Shown here: piece by piece, positions 38,091 through 47,947 of the stretch | How positions within the stretch are numbered: the first letter of the stretch is position 1 | How the letters are laid out: every line of letters begins with the position of its first letter | Source of the DNA: Verrucomicrobiia bacterium | Lineage (GTDB): Bacteria > Verrucomicrobiota > Verrucomicrobiia > JABWAM01 | Length of the DNA stretch: 64,000 nt | NCBI GenBank assembly: GCA_028687435.1 | Contig: JAQUAF010000023.1 | Location: 576 to 64,575 of the forward strand | Direction of reading: 5' to 3' | Position numbers and translations under genes: made by a program | Notes under the pieces: model-generated | The model's input: the letters and a program-made list of their open reading frames with translations, nothing else | What the model was told of the DNA's origin: nothing | Database searches by the model: none

Positions 38091-39710
38091 TTAGAACTCC
38101 CTGAAATCCTTCTCCATGGGGATGGCAGCCTCGGCGGCTTTTTTGTCGCTGGACGACAACAGCGCCGGTTTTTCCTTGCCCAACTTTGACATTTTGTCGG
38201 CCGCTCCGGCATTCTGGCCGGGCACATGGGTCATGCGGATCTTGGCCGTGCTGCCGCTTGGGACAATGGTCTTTTCCCTCAAGGGGACCATACGGGAACG
38301 GGGGGCGCCGGCGCCGCCATGTCCACCGCTCTGTTTTCCTCCCACCAACCGCAGGAGTTCCATGACTGTGGACCTCAACTCCACCGCCTGGGCGCTCAAT
38401 TCCTCGGAGGCGCTGGCGGTTTCCTCGGCATTGGCGGCATTGGACTGGGTGACCTTGTCCATCTGGCTTACGGCTATATTGATCTGGTCAATCCCCTGGT
38501 TTTGCTCGCCCGAAGCCTCGGCCACTTCGGTGACCAATTCATTCATCTGCCGGATCTTGGGCACGATTTCTCCCAGGATCTTGCCCACATTTTCACTGAC
38601 CGTCACGCCGGTTTCAATCTTCGCGGCTGTTTGCTTGGCCGCCTCGGCGCTGCGTTGGGCAAGGTTGCGCACCTCGTCGGCTACCACGGCAAATCCGGCG
38701 CCCGCCTCGCCCGCCCGGGCGGCTTCCACGGCGGCATTCAAGGCCAGAATGTTGGTCTGGAAGGCGATCTCATCGATGCTGCGCACAATCTTGGACACCT
38801 CCTCCATCGCCTTCTTCATCTCCACCATGTCCTTGCCGCCTTGCTCGGCCGTCCGATGGGTCTCACCCGCCAACACCTTGGCTTTCTGGGTGTTCTCGGC
38901 GTTCCGCTTGGTCATGCTGGACATTTCCTCCAGCGAAGCGCTGGTTTCCTCAAGCGAAGAGGCCTGCTCGCTCGCGCCGGCGGCAACGGCCTGGCTGGCG
39001 GTGGAAACCTCCTGGCTGGCGGCTGTGGTCTGGTCGGATCCGGCCAGAAGAACATCCGCCACTTTCATCAGGGTTCGCGAAATGGTGATGGTCAGAAAGA
39101 TGGCCAGTCCAATGCCCACAAGCAAGGCCACGGTGATGGCGGTGGCCAAGACCTGCCGGGACGATCCGACCGCCGCCTTGATCTGGTCGGAATCATGAGA
39201 GGCCTGTTTGGAGTTGAATTCGCGAAGCGATTCAACCACACGAATCATTTCATTGCCGACCTTTCCAATCGAAGCCAGAATCGCATGCACCTCATCCATT
39301 TGCTTGCGGGTGCTGGCATCCCGAAGCTTGACGGCTTGGGCGCGATATTCCGTCAACAGCCCCGGCAATTTGCTGAAAATTTCGCGTTCCTCCGGTTTGG
39401 TGATGGACTTCTCGTATTTTGCCACAAGTTCGCCCATCTCATCGCCCAATGCCCTGGCCTCCTTGTCCAATTCCGCCTTCACCGCGAGATCGGTGAAAAC
39501 GACATGCTTGAAGTTCGCGGCGCGATAAACAATGGCCTTGTAACGGATTTCCCCGCTCAGGGACAACCCGGGGAGGCTCTCCTCGGTCATCTGCCTCACG
39601 CTGTTGGAGATGGTCCCCAATTTGTCCCAGGTGACAACCCCCAGGATGATCACAATAGCCAAAACGCTGGCAAAACCCAGCGCCAATCTTTTTCCAATGG
39701 TCCAGTTCAT
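38091..39710 (-). CDS. Methyl-accepting chemotaxis protein (4HB-type sensor, HAMP, MCP signalling domain)
   Basis: N-terminal TM, periplasmic 4-helix region, second TM. Highly conserved signalling hairpin [46 protein letters not shown]. Confidence 0.9.
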   Translation of the reverse strand: MNWTIGKRLALGFASVLAIVIILGVVTWDKLGTISNSVRQMTEESLPGLSLSGEIRYKAIVYRAANFKHVVFTDLAVKAELDKEARALGDEMGELVAKYEKSITKPEEREIFSKLPGLLTEYRAQAVKLRDASTRKQMDEVHAILASIGKVGNEMIRVVESLREFNSKQASHDSDQIKAAVGSSRQVLATAITVALLVGIGLAIFLTITISRTLMKVADVLLAGSDQTTAASQEVSTASQAVAAGASEQASSLEETSASLEEMSSMTKRNAENTQKAKVLAGETHRTAEQGGKDMVEMKKAMEEVSKIVRSIDEIAFQTNILALNAAVEAARAGEAGAGFAVVADEVRNLAQRSAEAAKQTAAKIETGVTVSENVGKILGEIVPKIRQMNELVTEVAEASGEQNQGIDQINIAVSQMDKVTQSNAANAEETASASEELSAQAVELRSTVMELLRLVGGKQSGGHGGAGAPRSRMVPLREKTIVPSGSTAKIRMTHVPGQNAGAADKMSKLGKEKPALLSSSDKKAAEAAIPMEKDFREF

Positions 39711-39756
39711 AGGAATCCTTTCTTAATGTTGTTGGGTTAAACCGGGTTTTGCCTTT

Positions 39757-40269
39757 TCAAGCCACCCGCTGAATCAATTCCGCAGCCTCGCCGGCGATCA
39801 CCTTGTCGATGTCCAGCAATACCTTGACCGCCCCCTTGATCTTGGCGATGCCAAGAATGTAGTCGGTGCGGATTTGTGTTCCGAACTCGGGGGTTTCCTC
39901 AATTTCGTCGGCGACCACATTGGCCACCTCCTCCACGGCATCAACCACCAGCCCCATCAGGACATGCGCGCCCGATGCCACCTGCGCCAGAACCACCACG
40001 ATGCAATTCTGGTCGCTGCCCTTCACTTCGGTAAGCCCAAACTTGATGCGGAGATCAATCACCGGAATGACCTTTCCTCTCAAGTTCACCACTCCGCTCA
40101 CATAATCGGGCATCTGGGGAATCGGCGTGATGTTCAACATGCGGACAATCTCCCGCACCTTCAACACCGCCACCCCGTAAGATTCATGCCCAAGGGTGTA
40201 GGTTAGATATTTCCCCGCCAAGGAAGCCATCTTGGCGTTGGTCTGCGCATTGTTTGATTGGGTAGCCAT
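39757..40269 (-). CDS. cheW: Chemotaxis coupling protein CheW
   Basis: YLTYTLGHESYGVAVLKVREIV...IPQMPDYVSGVVNLRGKVIPVIDLR...LVVDAVEEV; 170 aa. Confidence 0.9.
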   Translation of the reverse strand: MATQSNNAQTNAKMASLAGKYLTYTLGHESYGVAVLKVREIVRMLNITPIPQMPDYVSGVVNLRGKVIPVIDLRIKFGLTEVKGSDQNCIVVVLAQVASGAHVLMGLVVDAVEEVANVVADEIEETPEFGTQIRTDYILGIAKIKGAVKVLLDIDKVIAGEAAELIQRVA

Positions 40270-40407
40270 AATCTTTCCTCCTGGGGCAATATGGTCTCGC
40301 CGGGTTCATTTCACAATCGGGGCTCCCCCTGTTTTTTTATTCGGAAAAATCAACGACCCTTTTATCAGCGGATTCACCTACCCCCCCAAGGAATTTCCTT
40401 CTTGCCT

Positions 40408-41103
40408 TCAGGTTTTCGCTGTTTCCGCCTGGGAATGAACCCATTGAATGGCAAACTGTACCGTCTGGGAGGCATCCTTCAACCCGAGTTTGGCCTTGAT
40501 ATGCTCGCGATAGGTTTCAACCGTTTTGACGCTCAAATGCATCGTGTCGGCAATCTGCCGGGGCGCATAACCGCGGCCCAACAATTGAAAAACCTGCAAT
40601 TCGCGGTTGCTGAGGGATTCCATGACGGAATGGGCCGGCTGCCGCTCATGTCCTGTCAGCCGGGAGAGCACCTCCCGGGTCATTTTCTCGCTTAGATAGG
40701 TTTCACCCTTGAGAACATGCCGGATGGCTGTCAGCACCTTTTCGCCCGCCTCCTCTTTCATCAGGTATCCATGCGCGCCCGCCCTCAAGGCGCGTTCCGC
40801 ATAGAGCGTTTCGTCGTGCATGGACACCACCAGGATGCGGGTTCCCGGACAATGAATGGTCAGATCCATGATCAATTCCAATCCATTGCCCGACTTGAGC
40901 GAAAGATCGACAATCACCACATCGGGCTTGAGCGCCTTGACCTCTTTCAGGGCATGGGCCGCATCCTCCGCCCCTCCGCAGAACACGAGATCCGACTCCT
41001 GATTCAGGATTTGTTTGACGCCGTGACAAACCAGCGGATGATCATCGACAATGAAAACCCGGCGCCGGGAATCCTGGCTGTTTGTTTTAACCTTTTCTTT
41101 CAT
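40408..41103 (-). CDS. NarL/FixJ-family response regulator (REC + LuxR HTH)
   Basis: VFIVDDHPLV...VVIVDLSLKSGNGLE...; C-terminal LSNRELQVFQLLGRGYAPRQIADTMHLSVKTVETYREHIKAKLG. Confidence 0.9.
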   Translation of the reverse strand: MKEKVKTNSQDSRRRVFIVDDHPLVCHGVKQILNQESDLVFCGGAEDAAHALKEVKALKPDVVIVDLSLKSGNGLELIMDLTIHCPGTRILVVSMHDETLYAERALRAGAHGYLMKEEAGEKVLTAIRHVLKGETYLSEKMTREVLSRLTGHERQPAHSVMESLSNRELQVFQLLGRGYAPRQIADTMHLSVKTVETYREHIKAKLGLKDASQTVQFAIQWVHSQAETAKT

Positions 41104-43427
41104 GCCGGAAATTTTCTTGTTTTTTTGCGCGCCCGCTGGACACCGGCCTCTTGTATTCCCGGAAGGAAACAGCGCACCAAAACGCCTCTCCGCCCGCCCG
41201 GACGCACATCCAATTGTCCGCCAATCATTCTGGCGCGATAATTCATGATGTGCAATCCCATTCCCTGCCCCGAACGCAGATGATCTCCAAACCCCACCCC
41301 GTCGTCCCGGACGATCAATTCCGTCCCGTCATCCCTATTTTCAAGGGAAACCATGATTTTTCGGGCGGAGGAATGTTTGACGGCATTGTTCAGGGCTTCC
41401 TGCGCGATCCGGTAGAGATGGGTGGCCGTTTCATTGCTTTGAATGGGCGCCGGACGGCGGCACTGGAAAACACAGCGCAAACCGGATCGCTGCCGCACCT
41501 TGGCGGCCAGATTCCGCAAGGCCACCATCAGTCCGTTGGCATCCACATCCACCGGCACCAGCCCGCGCGCGACGCTTCGCGCCTCGGCAATCGCCTCCCT
41601 CACCGATTCGGAAATTTTCGCCGCATCAAGAGCTTCCTCGGGCGCTTTTTTCTGCAATCGCTGGCTCAGGCTGTTGCCGACAATCGCGATGCCGGCCAGA
41701 TTCTGGATCAATCCATCGTGCAACTCCTGGCCGATCCGCCGCTGTTCCCATTCGCTGGTCCGCAGGATTTCCTCCTTCAACCGTTTTCTTTCGCTGATAT
41801 CGCGGTCGGCGCCGCGATACCCGAGCAATTCGCCGCTCTGGGAAAAAAACGGAACCCCATCGGTCTCCAGATCAACCATCCGGCCATCCTTGTGGATCAC
41901 GGTGTTTTCAAGATTGACAAAGGGTTTTTTCTCCCTGCCCAGACGCGCAAACCAAGAACGGAGACGTTTCGCATCCTCCGGCGGCATGAAATCGAAACAG
42001 GTCTTTCCCACCACCTCGCGTGGTTCGTATCCCAGCACTTGTTTGATCTGGGGACTGATGTAGCGGTATCTGCCTTCCGTATCCGTCTCCCAGATCACCT
42101 CGATGATCGTCTCCACCAGGCTTCGATACCGCTCCTCGCTTTCCTTCAACGCCCTTTCGGCCCGGCGAAGCTTGGTGACGTCCCGGACCGACTCGATGGC
42201 GCCGACCAATTCCCCCTTGGCATTGTAAATCGGGGTGGCCTTGCCCCAAAGATTGGCCCCCCCCGGTTGAACACCGGGGCAAAAAGTTTCCCCCACCAAT
42301 GCCTGTCCGATCCTTTGCAAACTCTGGTACTTTGCCGTTTTGATCAATTTCGGATTCAAAACCAAATCAATCAGAATGGGCCGGCGTTTGCCGTAAAAGG
42401 GAATCGAATAAGCCTTGTTCCCCTTTCCCAGCATATCCTTGGAATCAATGCCCGTCATCGCCTCTATGGCGCGATTCCACGCGATCACCCTCCCCTTCAC
42501 ATCCACCACAAAAGTGGCATCCGGCAGGAAATTAATAATGGCCGCCAGCCGTTGTTCCGAATCCCTGATGCTCAGGTCGGCCTTTCTTCGCTCGGTGATG
42601 TCGCGGGCGATTCCCGTGAGACCCAACACGCCGCCGTCCTTTCCGACAATGGGAATCTTGGCCGTCTCAAGCCATCTCATGTCCCCCTGCCGGGCTGGCA
42701 CCTCTTCCTGAATGTACAAGGGTTTCCTTGACCTCATTGCCCTGAAGTCATCGAGATGAAATTTTCTGGCCATATGGCGGGGAATCAAATCCAATTCCGT
42801 CTTTCCAATCACCCGCGACGCCAGGATTCCAGTGAAACGCTCCCATGCCTTGTTGACCATGATGAAACGCCCCTTGGAATCCTTCATCCAGGCCATGTCG
42901 GGAATATTGGCAAGAAGGACTTCCTGCTGCCGGCTCTTTTCCTGCAAAGCCTTTTGCGCCTGCTTGAGGGGAGAGGCGTCAATCACCACTCCGCGAAAAC
43001 CGGCCACCCGCCCGTCCCGCATGACAGGCCTGCTCCGGGCAATGACGGAAAAACGCTCCCCCGATTTTTTCATGGCCATATATTCGCCAACCTTGCCCAT
43101 CTCCCCCCTCAACAACGCCCTCATCCGGCGGGTGGCGCGCTCCCGTTCCTCGGGCGCCATCAACTGGATCACCGACACGCCCCTCTTGAAATCGGCCCGG
43201 GTAAACCCAAAGATTCTCAAGGCCGCCGCATTGTAATACACCACCCGCCCGGTCATATCCGCCTCGTAAAGCACCTCGGGCAATGTTTCGGCCATTTCAT
43301 GATATTTCCGTTCCGTTTCCCTGAGCTGGCTCCTCAGCGTCCGGACGGACACCCACGCCCTTTCCAACTGGCGGCGCATGATTTTCACCTGACGATGATC
43401 TGCCGCTTTTGCCCGTTGCCTTTTCAT
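41100..43427 (-). CDS. Multi-PAS sensor histidine kinase, HisKA_3 (NarX/DegS-type) + HATPase_c
   Basis: Several PAS/PAC blocks. HisKA_3 H-box EQRRIGQELHDGLIQNL. ATPase domain with HLYRIAQEALNNAVKH...IVRDDGVGF. The 4-nt overlap with the downstream NarL RR suggests a cognate pair. Confidence 0.85.
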   Translation of the reverse strand: MKRQRAKAADHRQVKIMRRQLERAWVSVRTLRSQLRETERKYHEMAETLPEVLYEADMTGRVVYYNAAALRIFGFTRADFKRGVSVIQLMAPEERERATRRMRALLRGEMGKVGEYMAMKKSGERFSVIARSRPVMRDGRVAGFRGVVIDASPLKQAQKALQEKSRQQEVLLANIPDMAWMKDSKGRFIMVNKAWERFTGILASRVIGKTELDLIPRHMARKFHLDDFRAMRSRKPLYIQEEVPARQGDMRWLETAKIPIVGKDGGVLGLTGIARDITERRKADLSIRDSEQRLAAIINFLPDATFVVDVKGRVIAWNRAIEAMTGIDSKDMLGKGNKAYSIPFYGKRRPILIDLVLNPKLIKTAKYQSLQRIGQALVGETFCPGVQPGGANLWGKATPIYNAKGELVGAIESVRDVTKLRRAERALKESEERYRSLVETIIEVIWETDTEGRYRYISPQIKQVLGYEPREVVGKTCFDFMPPEDAKRLRSWFARLGREKKPFVNLENTVIHKDGRMVDLETDGVPFFSQSGELLGYRGADRDISERKRLKEEILRTSEWEQRRIGQELHDGLIQNLAGIAIVGNSLSQRLQKKAPEEALDAAKISESVREAIAEARSVARGLVPVDVDANGLMVALRNLAAKVRQRSGLRCVFQCRRPAPIQSNETATHLYRIAQEALNNAVKHSSARKIMVSLENRDDGTELIVRDDGVGFGDHLRSGQGMGLHIMNYRARMIGGQLDVRPGGRRGVLVRCFLPGIQEAGVQRARKKTRKFPA

Positions 43428-43580
43428 TCGGTTTTTGATTTCGAATTTCCCTCAATTTTCTTTTTTCAACGCAATTTGCGGGCTGGATTTCTTGAAAGGA
43501 AAAATATGCCGTTAAAAAATCAAGTTTTCAGCGCTTCCCTTCCTCCTTTGTTCAAGGGGAAGCCATCTTGAATCTTGAAT

Positions 43581-44621
43581 CTAAAAAGGTCCCTTGAATT
43601 TATTCTCGTAACTGTAGAAATTTTCCCCGCTCAAATCCGTCTCGTCCAACCCCAGCATTTTTTCCGCCATCCGGATCAGCGTGACAGCCGAAGGATAAAA
43701 AAGATTCTCCAACGGACGGGTTGCCGGGCACGGCGCATGGGCAAAACCCACCCGTTCCACGGGACATTTGAGTTCCCTGAAGCAATCATGTCCGACAACC
43801 GCCGCCAGTTCCGCGCTAAAACCGGCAAACACCCAGTCGTAATCCGCCACCAGACAGCGTCCCGTCTTTTTCACCGATTCCACGATCAAATCCCTGCCCA
43901 GGGGAGCCAGGCTCCGCACATCCACCACCTCCAACTCCACTCCGCGCCGGGCCAGAACCTCCGCCGCCTTCAATGCCTCCACATTCATCCACGACACGCA
44001 CAATACCGTCAGATCTTTTCCCTGCCGGACCACCACAGGCTGCCCGATCGGCACGGTCACCTGTTCATCCACGGGCCCTTCCACGTCGTAAAGCCAGCGA
44101 TGCTCGATGAAAATGACCGGATTCGGATCTCGCACGGCCGCCCGCAACAGGCTGTAAGCGTCCTGGGGCCGGCTGGGCAGAACCACCCGCAAACCGGGGA
44201 AATGGGCGAAAATTCCAAACATCGATTTGCTATGCTGGGCCGACTGCCCCCAACCGCGCCCCACCACGGATCGGATGACCATCGGCACATGCACTTTGCC
44301 GCCGCTCATGTAACGCAGGCACGAAAGCATGTTCCCCAGCTGATTCATTCCCAGCAACATGAAATCCGTGCGAATGTGGGTGAGGATCGGTCGCAACCCG
44401 CTGAGCGCCGCGCCAATGCCAATCCCCGTCAGGGCATCCTCCGACAGGGGGGCGCCAAAACACCGGTTCAACCCGAATTGTTCCACCAAGCCCTTGGTGC
44501 TGCCAAAAATCCGTTTGTGATCCGGCACATCCAGGCCATAGACAAAAACATCCTCATCCGCCTCCATTTCCCGGCGCATGGCCAGGTTCAGCGCCTCCCG
44601 ATAAGTGATTGTCCGGGTCAT
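43581..44621 (-). CDS. TPP-dependent 2-oxoacid dehydrogenase E1 component, beta subunit (transketolase-like)
   Basis: ITYREALNLAMRREMEADEDVFVYG...EQFGLNRCFGAPLSEDALTGIGIGAALSGLRP; E1-beta/Transket_pyr + C-terminal domain. Confidence 0.8.
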   Translation of the reverse strand: MTRTITYREALNLAMRREMEADEDVFVYGLDVPDHKRIFGSTKGLVEQFGLNRCFGAPLSEDALTGIGIGAALSGLRPILTHIRTDFMLLGMNQLGNMLSCLRYMSGGKVHVPMVIRSVVGRGWGQSAQHSKSMFGIFAHFPGLRVVLPSRPQDAYSLLRAAVRDPNPVIFIEHRWLYDVEGPVDEQVTVPIGQPVVVRQGKDLTVLCVSWMNVEALKAAEVLARRGVELEVVDVRSLAPLGRDLIVESVKKTGRCLVADYDWVFAGFSAELAAVVGHDCFRELKCPVERVGFAHAPCPATRPLENLFYPSAVTLIRMAEKMLGLDETDLSGENFYSYENKFKGPF

Positions 44622-45622
44622 AACACCACCTCCGTGCACAACTCGCCCGGTTCGGGAAACGGCGCGGCCCGGGCCTGTGCGACACTCTTTTCAATCCGTT
44701 CCTTCAATTCATTCCTCATCTTTTCCAAATCGGCCTCCACCCCCCCAAGCCGCGCCATCTGCCCGCTCAAAACCTGCGCGGGATCCAACTGCCGCAACTC
44801 CTGGTCGGAAGGCCGCTTGCGATAGCCATGCTGGTAATCCTCATTGACTCCCACGTGCTCCAGAAAACGATGATAAGTGAAATGCAAAAAACCGGGTTTT
44901 GGCGCCTGCTCCATGCCTTCCATGATCTTGCGCGTCTTCTCAATGACCTTGAAAACATCCTGTCCTTCCGCCGAAGCCGCATAACAATCAAATGCCTGGG
45001 TCAAATCCATCACCGACCGGTAACCGCGGCGATCCTTGGCGGGGGCATGGATGGCCAGGCCATTATCCTCGCACACAAACAGGATGCGAAGGCCGCGCAG
45101 ACAGGCAAAATTCATGCTTTCCCCAAAAACCCCCTCCTCCATCGCGCCATCGCCAAAAAACACCACGGTCCACCCATCCCCGCCCTGATACTGGCAGGCC
45201 AGCGCCGCCCCCACCGCCACCGGAAGGGTGGTGCCCACCACGGCGGACGTTGCCATCAACCCCACCTCGGGCGCCATCAAATGCATCGACCCCGCCTTGC
45301 CCCTGCCCGCGCCGGACGCCTTGCCATATAACTCGCAAAAAAACCCCTCCACATCATTGGTCAGGTTCAGATAAAGCGCGTGGTTCCGGTACGTCCCGAA
45401 ATACCGGGTTCCCCGTGGCATGCAATGGCATACTCCCACCGGGATGGCCTCCTGGCCAATGCTCAAATGAACGGGGCTCTTGATCTCATCACCCGGATAA
45501 ACCTCGCGAATTTTCTCCTCGCACATCCGGATCAGGAGAATCCGCCGGTAAAGATCCATCGTTTCGTTCAGGGAAGGCATGCCCCCACGATGCCACAGGA
45601 GAGGCTTCAGGGCAAGATTCAA
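44618..45622 (-). CDS. TPP-dependent 2-oxoacid dehydrogenase E1 component, alpha subunit
   Basis: YRRILLIRMCEEKIRE...SPVHLSIGQEAIPVG...GDGAMEEGVF (TPP-binding GDG-x-N motif region). 4-nt overlap with E1-beta. Confidence 0.8.
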   Translation of the reverse strand: MNLALKPLLWHRGGMPSLNETMDLYRRILLIRMCEEKIREVYPGDEIKSPVHLSIGQEAIPVGVCHCMPRGTRYFGTYRNHALYLNLTNDVEGFFCELYGKASGAGRGKAGSMHLMAPEVGLMATSAVVGTTLPVAVGAALACQYQGGDGWTVVFFGDGAMEEGVFGESMNFACLRGLRILFVCEDNGLAIHAPAKDRRGYRSVMDLTQAFDCYAASAEGQDVFKVIEKTRKIMEGMEQAPKPGFLHFTYHRFLEHVGVNEDYQHGYRKRPSDQELRQLDPAQVLSGQMARLGGVEADLEKMRNELKERIEKSVAQARAAPFPEPGELCTEVVL

Positions 45623-46809
45623 GGAGCTTCAAGCAACTTCGCCCAATCAGCGCACACCTTCTCCGCGCCGTAACGGCATACGGTTTCCCGGCCTTGAACG
45701 GACAGGCGGTAACGCAAATCCCCGTCCTGCGCCAGTTTCAACACATTATCCATCAATCCATCCATGTCACCCGGCAGGCTCAACAACACATTCTCGCCAT
45801 GTTTGAGAGCTTCCCCGGCCATCCCGACATTCGACGCCGCCAGCGCGCAACCGCAGGCCAGATAATCCAGAATCTTCAGGGGAAAACGGGCGCGATTGAG
45901 ACGCGTATTCCACAAAGGCAAAATGCCGATTTCCATGCCCGCCAACCGCCCCAACATTTCGGCGCGCGCCAGCCGTCCGGTCAATTCCACCTGCCCCTCC
46001 AATCCAAGGGTGGCAACTTTTCGCCGGACTTCTCCAAGGCAATCACCATCGCCAAGGAAACAGAATCCCAACCGCGCCGCCTCGTCACGGCGTTTCGCCA
46101 GGGTCTCCAGGAAAGGGATATGCCCATGATAAGCCGTGACCCCGCTGGCAAACGCAACCCGGATTCTGTCCCCGCCAAACCGCGGATCCATGGGAGGCAC
46201 GTCTTCCAACCGGATGAAATTGGGGATCAAGGTGGAACCGGGCAGGAGCCGCTGCAATTCCCGGCTGCATACGGTCAACCGCCGCCCTGCCAGTCGGGGC
46301 AGGATTCGTTCAAACAACTCGTAAATTCCACCCACCAAACCGCCCCCTCCACGGGCGGCAAACTGCCCGGCGCTCCAGTCGTCCACATCCATCCAGACCT
46401 GCCGGGATTTTTTCGGAAGAAGGATTGCGGCCGCCAGACAGGCGGGCAGGGATGTGCTTAAATAGATATGCGTCGCGCGAAGCTCTCCCGCTCTTTGATC
46501 AATGCGTTTGGCTATGCGCCGGCACTCCATCAAGTATGCCGCCGGCGAAATCCCCTCCCTCCGGCCATCCGGAAGGAGCCGGTAATGCGTGCCGCCCAGA
46601 ATCTCCACAGCCTCATCATATTCCCGGTCTTTTACAACATAAGGGTCGCCGGCAAACCCCGGGTCAACCGAGGCAAAATGAACCCTCCAACCCGCATTTT
46701 TCAGAAATTTTCCAAAGACAGTGACCCGCTGCCCGATCGCCGCATTGGCCAGCGGCTGGCCGCAAAAGAAAAGTATCGTCCTGCCCGATCCTGAACCCGT
46801 TCTATTCAT
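45619..46809 (-). CDS. GT4-family (GT-B fold) glycosyltransferase
   Basis: C-terminal GT-B retaining-type region; E-x7-E-like segment ...FPLKILDYLACGCALAASNVGMAGEAL.... 4-nt overlap with E1-alpha start (translational coupling). Confidence 0.7.
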   Translation of the reverse strand: MNRTGSGSGRTILFFCGQPLANAAIGQRVTVFGKFLKNAGWRVHFASVDPGFAGDPYVVKDREYDEAVEILGGTHYRLLPDGRREGISPAAYLMECRRIAKRIDQRAGELRATHIYLSTSLPACLAAAILLPKKSRQVWMDVDDWSAGQFAARGGGGLVGGIYELFERILPRLAGRRLTVCSRELQRLLPGSTLIPNFIRLEDVPPMDPRFGGDRIRVAFASGVTAYHGHIPFLETLAKRRDEAARLGFCFLGDGDCLGEVRRKVATLGLEGQVELTGRLARAEMLGRLAGMEIGILPLWNTRLNRARFPLKILDYLACGCALAASNVGMAGEALKHGENVLLSLPGDMDGLMDNVLKLAQDGDLRYRLSVQGRETVCRYGAEKVCADWAKLLEAP

Positions 46810-46865
46810 TAAAGCAACAACTGAAACCTTTCGGTTTTGAAAGAGGCTTGCCTCAAACCTGTCGA

Positions 46866-46946
46866 GGCGGCGATGCGGGAGCCCCGACCTCCATCCTTTT
46901 CATGTAAAATTTGTGGAGGGCGGGGCTCCTGCACCGCTTGTCGCCC
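46866..46946. repeat. Diverged central-hairpin fragment of MITE family 1
   Basis: ggcggcgatgcgggagccccgacctcc-N23-ggagggcggggctcctgcaccgc. Confidence 0.55.
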
Positions 46947-46990
46947 CAGGAATTTCCGCGCTCATTTTGCGCGGAATTCAATTGCAACTG

Positions 46991-47941
46991 TCAAAATTTC
47001 CAAAAGAACCGGATTTCGCCGCCGCAATTGGCCAGTTTATAGTCACGGGTGGCGTTGATGGAATTGTCGTAGGCGGCCAGCCCGAAAGCCGTCACCTGCA
47101 TCCATGGCGTGGGCTGCCACACCGTCTGCAAAGCCACGCTGCTTACCCACTCCTGCCGCCCGTTCACAGGCTCTGAAGGCGGCCGGTAATCGTAAAACTG
47201 CCAGTTCTGACGCAATCCCAGCTGGCTGACAAGGTTGGCCAGCCACGCATACGACACACCCGTGTAAACCGTATGCTCCATGCGCTCAAAACCCACCGGA
47301 TGGGTGTACTTCTTGTCAAACTGGTATCCATAATACCAATAAAGCTTTCCATCCAGATACGTGTGCGACTGCTGCACACCCGCAAACGGATCGCACTCGC
47401 GATAAATCTCCACCTTCTGGTCCGGCGAATTCAGCCACGCGCCGTTGACTCCCGCCATCAATCGAAAATCCCACGGCAACTGGTATGATGTCAGAAAATT
47501 GGCGTTGTGGGTGTCCACATCCAACGAGGGATTCTCGTCATACCGCGTCAGTTGATAATTGTATCCGGCCTGCACATTCCAATCATCCGTCAGCCGATAT
47601 CCCGAATTGAAACCCTGGGTCTCCACGAAAACCGTGTCCCCCTTCTCCCCGTTGTTGGCAAGCAGCGCATTGCTCGTCCAATACCCCTGGGCCGAGGCAT
47701 AGGGCGTCACATACCACCTCTTGGCCGGCTTCAGGCTCAGAATCTTGCCAAACTCATCCTCCTCATCCTCCGGCCACCCAAAATCCTTGTCGGTTTTCCC
47801 ATGCAAAACATCCTTTTGAATCTCATGGGTCTGGACTTGCGCGTCACGCCCGGCCTGGGCGGACAGGAATGGAACCGCACCCGCGCAAAAAACAGCCGCC
47901 ATCAAATATCGCCATTGAATCATCTTCATGTTCTTTTTCAA
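46991..47941 (-). CDS. Outer-membrane beta-barrel protein, unknown function
   Basis: Signal peptide MKMIQWRYLMAAVFCAGAVPFLSAQA. Aromatic-rich strand pattern. C-terminal ...IRFFWKF. Confidence 0.5.
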   Translation of the reverse strand: MKKNMKMIQWRYLMAAVFCAGAVPFLSAQAGRDAQVQTHEIQKDVLHGKTDKDFGWPEDEEDEFGKILSLKPAKRWYVTPYASAQGYWTSNALLANNGEKGDTVFVETQGFNSGYRLTDDWNVQAGYNYQLTRYDENPSLDVDTHNANFLTSYQLPWDFRLMAGVNGAWLNSPDQKVEIYRECDPFAGVQQSHTYLDGKLYWYYGYQFDKKYTHPVGFERMEHTVYTGVSYAWLANLVSQLGLRQNWQFYDYRPPSEPVNGRQEWVSSVALQTVWQPTPWMQVTAFGLAAYDNSINATRDYKLANCGGEIRFFWKF

Positions 47942-47947
47942 AAGTTT

